Assembly (NCBI GenBank): GCA_963766075.1 | Contig: CAVYAN010000106.1 | Span: forward strand, 1-35,280 | From: an uncultured cyanobacterium | GTDB taxonomy: Bacteria; Cyanobacteriota; Cyanobacteriia; Leptolyngbyales; Leptolyngbyaceae | Direction: 5' to 3' | Length of the DNA stretch: 35,280 bases | Shown: piece after piece, positions 28,538 through 35,280 of the stretch | How the letters are laid out: the number at the start of each line of letters is the position of its first letter | Position numbering within the stretch: position 1 is the stretch's first letter | The notes under the pieces: generated by a model | Told to the model about the DNA's origin: nothing | What the model saw: only the letters and a program-made list of their open reading frames with translations | The model's database searches: none | Position numbers and translations under genes: made by a program

Positions 28538-31048
28538 ATGAAATTTCGTTTGTCTTCCCGCTTTCCGCATCTCCTCGCCGCCACCGTTGCGGTATGTGGG
28601 GCATTTTCCGCAATTCTTCCGGTCCTCGCCCAAACAGCAGCAGGCACCGCCATTTCCAACACCGCCACCGCCACCTACACTGATGGCGCACCCACACCAA
28701 CCTCCTTCAACGCCACCTCCAATACCGTCACCATCGCCGTCACCGAAGTAGCCGGTATCACTGTAACGGCACAGTCTCCGAGCGTACCCAGCCCCAATGC
28801 TGGAGATAGCCTATTTGTAGATTTCGTCATCACCAACACTGGTAACGACCCCACCCAATTCTTTATTCCGGGCGTCGCCACTCTAGGGGGTGCCAACCCC
28901 GGTAGTTTTAGCGTCGGGACACTGCAAATCATCGCCGTCGATGGCGTCACCCTCGGATCCCCCGTTAACGTTCCCACTGCGGGTGCCACCACGGCCACTT
29001 TGAACGTGGGCACTAACGGCTCATTCGCCGCAAATCCCGGCACTGGCACCACCGGCACCGTGACCGTCCGCGTCCCAGTGACAGCGCTGGGAGCCGCCAC
29101 CGCTGGCAACACCACCACCGTCAGCTTGGGCAATACCGCCACCACAAACGCCCAGAACCAAGATCGCACTGGTAATTTAAGCACATCCGGCAGCAACTCC
29201 ATCGACGTCTACACCGTCGATAACACCGGCACCACCAACGGAGATACAGCGGGCGAACCGGCCAACAGCACCGCCAACATTGGCCGGGAAGCCATGGCCA
29301 CTAGCACCCCAATTACCGTCAACGCCAGACTACAAGCCTTTGCCACTATCCTCAAGGCCAATGGCAGCTACATCAACAATGGGACCCCCAACCTACTGAC
29401 CGACGATACCCTCACCTACAGTCTGGCACTCCGGGTAGAGAACCCCACCACACCCCCGACAGGTCTGGCCGTGACGGATTTGCACGCCACCCAAATCAAC
29501 TTGAATGGTGCAAATAGCAATCAGATACTGGTATCAGATGCGATTCCAGCCAACACCCAACTGGCCGCCGCCAACCCCACCGCCCCCGCTGGCTGGACTG
29601 CGGTGTATAGCACCAGCCCACTCACCACCAACGCCCATGCCGCCAACTGGGTCACCTCCCGACCAGGCTCTGGGATTACCCGCGTCGGCTTTGTAGCGGC
29701 GGGGCCAATTACCAAAGGCACCACCGTTTCTGGCTTTAGCTTTGACGTTACCCCACTGGGCAGCTTTACCGGTGGTCAAATTGCCAACATCGCCCAGGTG
29801 TTTGGTCAGTCGCAACCGGGCGCAGTGGTTCCCGGCACGGCCACCCAACTGGTTTACGACGAATCCGGTGACCAAACGCCGAACAACGGCCTCGATGGCA
29901 CCAACCCCGATCCGACCAACGGGGGCACAACCGCTGCCAATGGTGGCGTCACTCCCGGCGTTGCTGACCCAGCAGCCGATGGGGTAGATCCCGGTACCGG
30001 CAACGATCCGACCAATACAGGCAACACCAACCAAGGTCCCGATACGGGGACAAATTCGGGCACCAAACCTGCCGGGGGTGAAGTCACCGTCTTCACGATC
30101 GCGGCGACTCCCCTCAATGGTCCGGACGCGCAACCCGCCGCCGTGGGCCCAACCAACAACAACGACGACTTCACCAATAAGTCGATTGTGCTGCCTCCTA
30201 ACCTCGATCCCGCACTGGCGCTGACCGATGCCCAAACCGGTGTCGTCACCTTCCAGAATACGGTGCAGAACACCAGTGGTGGAACGCAAACCATTTCTCT
30301 AGTACCCACACCACCGGCTGTTCCTGGCGCGTTGCCGACCAACACCATCGTTACGATTGATGCTGATGGAAGCGGTCCAGGCTCGCCTGTGACCTTCACC
30401 TACAATGGCACCACCTTCACCACCACCGGAGCCGTGCCCACAGTCACGCTAACCGCAGGCGCAACGACAACCTACACGGTGACCGTTGACCTGCCTGGTT
30501 TGGCGGCTGGTAGCCAGTTGACGGGTTATCCCGTGCCGATTACCGCGTTTGTGGATCAGGGAGCTGCTGGATTGGATGCTGGGGATCCAAGCAACACCAC
30601 CATCGATCGCGTGTATACCGGTTACCTGAACCTCGTCAAAGAAGCCCGCATTTTAGAAGCCAATGGCACCACCGAGGTCGTAGGTTTCACCACCAATCAG
30701 GCCACATTGAGTCCGGCAGCCACCCCCGGTCGAATTATTGAGTACCGGATTACCTACACCAACATTTCCACGGGTCAGGGCAGCGGTGCGAACAATGGTC
30801 TTTTGCCTGCAAACAGCCTAGTAATTACCGAAAGCGGGATTGCGGGAACCAACAACTGGTTTAGCTCCACGCTAGATCCGGTTTACCCAACACCTGCAAA
30901 TGGTTCAGCTAGCGGCACGGGCGGCACGATTGCCGTCACCACCGCTGCGAACGGTGCCATTACCGACATTCAGGTCTACACCAACACCGTCGGGAACGTG
31001 CTGCCCCAGGGGACAGGCACCTTCACCTTCCAAAGAAAGATCAAGTAG
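28538..31048 (+). CDS. Large secreted Thr/Gly/Asn-rich DUF11-type protein (836 aa); putative major fibre subunit
   Basis: Signal peptide ending PVLA-Q; GTAISNTATATY; internal ILK...SDAIP...IANIA; C-terminal LVK...PGRIIEYRITYTN...ITE...FTFQRKIK. Confidence 0.85.
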   Translation: MKFRLSSRFPHLLAATVAVCGAFSAILPVLAQTAAGTAISNTATATYTDGAPTPTSFNATSNTVTIAVTEVAGITVTAQSPSVPSPNAGDSLFVDFVITNTGNDPTQFFIPGVATLGGANPGSFSVGTLQIIAVDGVTLGSPVNVPTAGATTATLNVGTNGSFAANPGTGTTGTVTVRVPVTALGAATAGNTTTVSLGNTATTNAQNQDRTGNLSTSGSNSIDVYTVDNTGTTNGDTAGEPANSTANIGREAMATSTPITVNARLQAFATILKANGSYINNGTPNLLTDDTLTYSLALRVENPTTPPTGLAVTDLHATQINLNGANSNQILVSDAIPANTQLAAANPTAPAGWTAVYSTSPLTTNAHAANWVTSRPGSGITRVGFVAAGPITKGTTVSGFSFDVTPLGSFTGGQIANIAQVFGQSQPGAVVPGTATQLVYDESGDQTPNNGLDGTNPDPTNGGTTAANGGVTPGVADPAADGVDPGTGNDPTNTGNTNQGPDTGTNSGTKPAGGEVTVFTIAATPLNGPDAQPAAVGPTNNNDDFTNKSIVLPPNLDPALALTDAQTGVVTFQNTVQNTSGGTQTISLVPTPPAVPGALPTNTIVTIDADGSGPGSPVTFTYNGTTFTTTGAVPTVTLTAGATTTYTVTVDLPGLAAGSQLTGYPVPITAFVDQGAAGLDAGDPSNTTIDRVYTGYLNLVKEARILEANGTTEVVGFTTNQATLSPAATPGRIIEYRITYTNISTGQGSGANNGLLPANSLVITESGIAGTNNWFSSTLDPVYPTPANGSASGTGGTIAVTTAANGAITDIQVYTNTVGNVLPQGTGTFTFQRKIK

Positions 31049-31052
31049 GCAC

Positions 31053-31090
31053 GCCTGGGATTGCCGCATTTCTCAACCGGCAATCCCGGC
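31053..31090 (+). other. Strong intercistronic stem-loop without a U tract
   Basis: GCC(T)GGGATTGCCG...CGGCAATCCC-GGC right after the stop codon. Confidence 0.7.
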
Positions 31091-31162
31091 CTTGAGCGCG
31101 TCTTCGGTATGACATTTCCAGGTATGGCTTTTCCAGTTGTTGTATTTTTTGAAGGATTGATC

Positions 31163-31723
31163 ATGAAAAAGTATTGGTTACTCAGTGCAAGTGTGGCCCT
31201 CGCCGTCTCCGTGTTGCCCGTCAATGGAGCCCCTGCCATCGCTCAAGTTTTCCACGCGGGCGCAGCGATCGCCGATAACGTCCTCCGCCAGCCCAAGGTG
31301 AACCTCCACCTGGTGGCCGATCAAAAAGTGGTCAGTCAAGAGCAAGGCCAAGAAACCCTCCGTTGGCAAGCCGTAGACAACAAAATCACCGCTAAGCCCG
31401 GTGACGTATTCCGGTTTACCGTTACTGGCAAAAACGAAGGCACCCGCGAAGCCAAAAACTTTGCCGTCACCCAGCCCGTGCCCCGAGGCACTGTTTACGA
31501 ACTCAACACCGCCACCGTCGCTGCCGGCATCACCGCCACCTACAGCATCGACCAAGGCAAAACCTTTGTCGCCCGTCCCCTCGTGAAAGTGACCTTAGCC
31601 AATGGTCAGGTGGTCGAACGCCCCGCCCCGGCAGAAGCGTACACCCACATTCGCTGGACCCTAGCGCAAGAGTTACAGCCCAACGCCAGCGTCAGCGCCG
31701 CCTATCAAGTGAAGGTGCGCTAG
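31163..31723 (+). CDS. Small exported single-DUF11 protein (186 aa); putative chaperone
   Basis: MKKYWLL signal peptide, GAAGGA RBS; AKPGDVFRFTVTGKNEG...VTQPVPRGTVY...YTHIRW...YQVKVR. Confidence 0.85.
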   Translation: MKKYWLLSASVALAVSVLPVNGAPAIAQVFHAGAAIADNVLRQPKVNLHLVADQKVVSQEQGQETLRWQAVDNKITAKPGDVFRFTVTGKNEGTREAKNFAVTQPVPRGTVYELNTATVAAGITATYSIDQGKTFVARPLVKVTLANGQVVERPAPAEAYTHIRWTLAQELQPNASVSAAYQVKVR

Positions 31724-31731
31724 TCGTCTAT

Positions 31732-31785
31732 TCCCCTTGATGCAGATCCTCTTGATGCAGCGCTACGGCCCCGCATCAAGGGAGG
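31732..31785 (+). other. Intercistronic stem-loop with a duplicated 5' arm
   Basis: CTTGATGCAG occurs twice and either copy can pair with GCATCAAG. Confidence 0.55.
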
Positions 31786-31956
31786 CTGCTCGCAGAGCGG
31801 CAAAGGGACACGTTTCACTAGCACGCTTTAACGCGGCTTGACTGCACTAGCTTGCAGCTTGACTGCACTGGTTTTCGCTGGGCGATCGCCCCTACATCCC
31901 CCACCTAGAACAATCCAGCCCACCGCTCATTCCTCTTCTTTATCGGTGCATTTTCC

Positions 31957-33409
31957 ATGGTTCTCCACCGCAAACGATGCCACTCACTGGCGGCGTTGCT
32001 GCTCGCTAGTATGCTCTTTCAGCCCATGTCTGCAGGAGCTAAAGCAGATATTCAAAACACCGCTTCCTACTCCTTTCAGGATCCGGAAAACAATAAATTT
32101 GAGGGCATTACCAATCAACTGAAGCAAGAATTAGTTGACCCATTTGGACGGATTCGCGGCTGCGGTGGAGAAATATTGCCCGACTATACAGGATTCAGCG
32201 TCAGTGTGTACGAAGCCGCCGCTGACGACACCCCTCTGTCACTGCTGCCTCTCACCCGCACCGGTCCCGGCACACCCTTCCAAGGTCTGTCCCCCAACCT
32301 GCAAAATGCCAATCCATTTTTTCTCGCCAACGATGAGCCCAAAGGCGTTTACAACTTCCTCTTCGATCGCAACGCCGGACAGATTGATATAGGCCGACGA
32401 TACATCCTGATCGTCAAGGCACCAGCGGGCCAAACCCGCTACAGCCAACGCCAAATTCGTGTGGTCATTACCGGGAAGGATGATATCGCTAAAACCGTTT
32501 CCTACACGGCCACCGCCCTCGACGGCAAAGGCATTAGTTTAGATGGCGACCCCACCTCGCTTTCCACCACCGTCCCCATTACCGACGCGGCAAAAACGGG
32601 ATTTATCTTATCAGCGCTTGGACTCCTGGATGCGCCGATTTGCGTGGGTGTCGCCCAACCCGTCCAGATTACCAAAACCGCCGATCGCGCCGCCGCTGAG
32701 CCTGGAGACACGGTCATCTATCGCCTCACCGTCCGCAACTTGAACACGGTGGCCGCCAATCAAACCGAAGTCACAGACCGACTCCCCTTGGGATTTTCCT
32801 TCATTCCGAGAACCGTACGCGGCGAATTGGGCGGCACCGCCGTAGCCATCACCGCCGAACAAACCGGAGCGAACGTCACTTTCCGGTTTACAGGGAGCAT
32901 CCCTCCGGAGGGCGTTTTCAAACATTGCCTACGCCGTGCAACTGACACCGGATGCAGTCCGAGGATCCGGCGAAAACCTCGCCAGCGTCAATGTGCGGCG
33001 GGCCGACACCAATGCGGTACTCAGCGATGGCCCCTCTAAATATCGCCTCCGCATCCGTCCCGGCATTGTGTCTGATTGCGGCACCGTTATTGGGCGCGTC
33101 TTTGAGGACAAAAACTTCGATGGGGAACAACAACCGGGCGAACCGGGCATCCCTAATGCCGTCGTGCTCCTGGATGACGGGGTCCGCATCACCACAGATG
33201 TCAATGGTTTGTTCTCTGTGGCCAATGTCTTGGCTGGCCACCGTACGGGCGTACTCGACCTGAGCAGCGTGCCTGGGTACACCTTGGCTCCCAACCTGCA
33301 CTTCAAGGAGCGGAATAGTCAGTCCCGCCTCGTGCACCTGGAACCCAGCGGCTTAGTCCGCATGAATTTTGCCGTCACACCTGTCGCGTCAGAAGCAGGT
33401 AAACCATGA
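31957..33409 (+). CDS. Exported DUF11 plus SdrD-B-like protein (about 483 aa), split by one extra base at 32915-32922
   Basis: IQNTASYSF; ITKTADRAAAEPGDTVIYRLTVRN...TDRLP; after the shift NIAYAVQL...ENLASV and GRVFEDKNFDGEQQPGEPGIPN. Confidence 0.85.
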
Positions 33410-35280
33410 ATATTAACGCGCACAATGACCTGAGCACACGCCTACAGCAACTGGGCCTCCAGCGATGGGTCAGACCGGAAACCATCAGCCTAGTGCTGCT
33501 GCTGCTGATCGCACCCCGAGCGATCGCCGCTCCCACCCCCGACGCGACGCCCGTGACACCCGCACCCCGTCAGCCCGACGAGTCACCATCCCCCGCCACC
33601 CCTAACGTCAGCCCTGAAAACATTACCCCCCTGGCAAGCCCCGAGGCCGCCAGTGGCAGTTCCGCCACGGGCAATCCCACCAACCCGAATCAATCCACCG
33701 CTCCGACCCTCACTTCCGCACCCGCCACCCCGGGCGACAGCACCCTGATTGTTGCGCCCACGGCCAATGCCGTTGTGGATGTATCCACGACCACGGTAAT
33801 TCTCCGGTTTGGCATTGATCAGCAGGTGGAATTGCGCGTGAATGGCCAGGTGGTCAGTCCCACACTGGTGGGCCGCACAGAAACCGACAAGGCCAAAGGG
33901 CAAATTACCCAAACCTGGTATGGGGTACCCCTGCAAGAAGGCAAAAACACCCTCACCGCTCAAGTCTCAGCCCCCGGCCAAGGCTCGCAATCCGCCTCAG
34001 TGGAGGTGCAAGTGCGGGGAATTGCCCAGAGCCTGACCCTCCGTACCGCTGAAACGCGCGTCCCAGCAGACGGACGCTCCACCGTAACGGTGTTAGGGCA
34101 ACTGCTGGATGCCCAGGGTAATCGCTCCAACCGGGATGCCATCGTCACCCTGAAACCAACCGCAGGCGAATTTGTCGAGCCGGACTTCAGCCCCGATCAA
34201 CCGGGATACCAAGTCAAGGCCACCCAAGGAGCCTTTCAGGCTACCCTGCGATCGGGAATTCAAGCCCAAACCGTGCGGATTCAAGCCAAGGCAAACGATC
34301 TGGAAGCCTTTACCCAGGTGCAGTTTGAAACCAGCCTGCGTACCTCAATTGTCACCGGGTCCATTAACCTGCGCTTTGGCAAGGTTGGTACAGATTTCTA
34401 TCGCAGTTTTCGCGACTTCTTGCCACCCGACAGCGACAACAATTACGACCTTTCCACCCGAGGGGCCTTCTTTGCCACGGGTAAAGTAGGCAGTTGGCTA
34501 TTAACAGCAGCCTATAACAGTGCTCGGGCGCTGAATGAAACCTGCGACGGCACCTCGCGATTGTTCCGCGATCAGCAGTTTTGCGATCAAAACTATCCAG
34601 TGTATGGCGATAGTTCCAAAACAGATTTCCTCACACCGTCTACAGACAGTGTGTTCCTGAAGCTGGAACGTTCATCTCCCAGCACCAATGGCATTGACAT
34701 GCTGATGTGGGGGGACTATAACACCGAGGAATTTGCCACGCGATCGCAACAGTTCACGGCCACATCGCGCCAACTGCACGGTTTCAAGGGCAACTACAAC
34801 ATTGGCAACCTCCAACTGAGCGCCCTCTACGGCAATAATATCCAAGGGTTTCAGCGGGACACAATCCTCCCCGATGGCACCAGCGGCTTTTATTTTCTGT
34901 CCCGGCGACTGGTGATTGGCGGCAGTGAAAGCGTTTTCCTAGAACTCGAAGAGTTGAATCGTCCCGGTACAGTTTTACAACGCAAACAGCTCAATCGGGG
35001 TACCGATTACGACATTGACTACAATCGCGGCACCCTGCTGTTTAAACAACCCATTCTCAGAACCGATACCGATAACATTGGCCAAGTTTTAGTCCGTCGC
35101 ATCGTCACAACCTATCAATACGAAAGTCAAATAGGAGATAAGAGTAATATTATTGCCGGTCGCGCGGTTTACCACTTTTCCAAAACACCCGGACAGGAAA
35201 GCTGGCTGGGAGGCACCTACCTCCGGGAAGATCGAGGCGTGCGTGACTTTGAACTATACGGAACCGATTTTCTCTACAGT
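33406..35280 (+). CDS. Very large outer-membrane-type protein (over 625 aa, runs off right edge); putative translocon/usher; absent from ORF track
   Basis: ATG overlaps the previous stop (ATGA); manually translated with no stop; hydrophobic leader, Pro/Thr linker, Ig-like repeats (LQEGKNTLTA, PADGRS), then YPVYGDSS, WGDY, RQLHG, GTDYDIDYNRGTLLF. Confidence 0.85.
   Translation, partial: MNINAHNDLSTRLQQLGLQRWVRPETISLVLLLLIAPRAIAAPTPDATPVTPAPRQPDESPSPATPNVSPENITPLASPEAASGSSATGNPTNPNQSTAPTLTSAPATPGDSTLIVAPTANAVVDVSTTTVILRFGIDQQVELRVNGQVVSPTLVGRTETDKAKGQITQTWYGVPLQEGKNTLTAQVSAPGQGSQSASVEVQVRGIAQSLTLRTAETRVPADGRSTVTVLGQLLDAQGNRSNRDAIVTLKPTAGEFVEPDFSPDQPGYQVKATQGAFQATLRSGIQAQTVRIQAKANDLEAFTQVQFETSLRTSIVTGSINLRFGKVGTDFYRSFRDFLPPDSDNNYDLSTRGAFFATGKVGSWLLTAAYNSARALNETCDGTSRLFRDQQFCDQNYPVYGDSSKTDFLTPSTDSVFLKLERSSPSTNGIDMLMWGDYNTEEFATRSQQFTATSRQLHGFKGNYNIGNLQLSALYGNNIQGFQRDTILPDGTSGFYFLSRRLVIGGSESVFLELEELNRPGTVLQRKQLNRGTDYDIDYNRGTLLFKQPILRTDTDNIGQVLVRRIVTTYQYESQIGDKSNIIAGRAVYHFSKTPGQESWLGGTYLREDRGVRDFELYGTDFLYS

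Noticed and set aside
28675..30399. Long antisense ORFs (175-251 aa) inside the major subunit gene
   Set aside because: Expected from GC-rich Thr/Gly/Ala codon bias; no recognisable domains
33583..34489. Several short ORFs on both strands
   Set aside because: All overlap the long open frame starting at 33406
1..35280. Mobile elements, prophage, defence systems, tRNA or rRNA
   Set aside because: No transposase, integrase, nuclease or RNA-gene signatures seen; HIP1 abundance is ordinary for cyanobacteria

Overview
Cyanobacterial chromosomal segment; the HIP1 octamer GCGATCGC recurs throughout. The left part holds the rplC 5' end with a long structured leader, amiC-murI-sds, a kinase-less response-regulator/Hsp20 cassette, ribF, a PatA-type regulator and moxR. 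The middle holds an envelope-modification cluster (DUF2079-like, PAP2, GT2, CE4 deacetylase, GT-C, esterase), ftsH, DUF2949, isoaspartyl peptidase, a frameshifted trmJ and a CYP110-like P450. The right part has a FecR-domain/beta-barrel pair divergent from an operon of DUF11 proteins and a very large outer-membrane protein missed by the ORF track. Best leads: (1) this operon looks like a surface fibre assembled by donor-hairpin complementation with intermolecular isopeptide bonds (major subunit, catalytically dead chaperone, anchor subunit, translocon); (2) a Yfr1-like sRNA at about 13970-14048 outside the usual guaB/trxA locus; (3) a shared OmpR/PhoB-type tandem box at three promoters. All calls come from reading motifs by eye; no searches were run.
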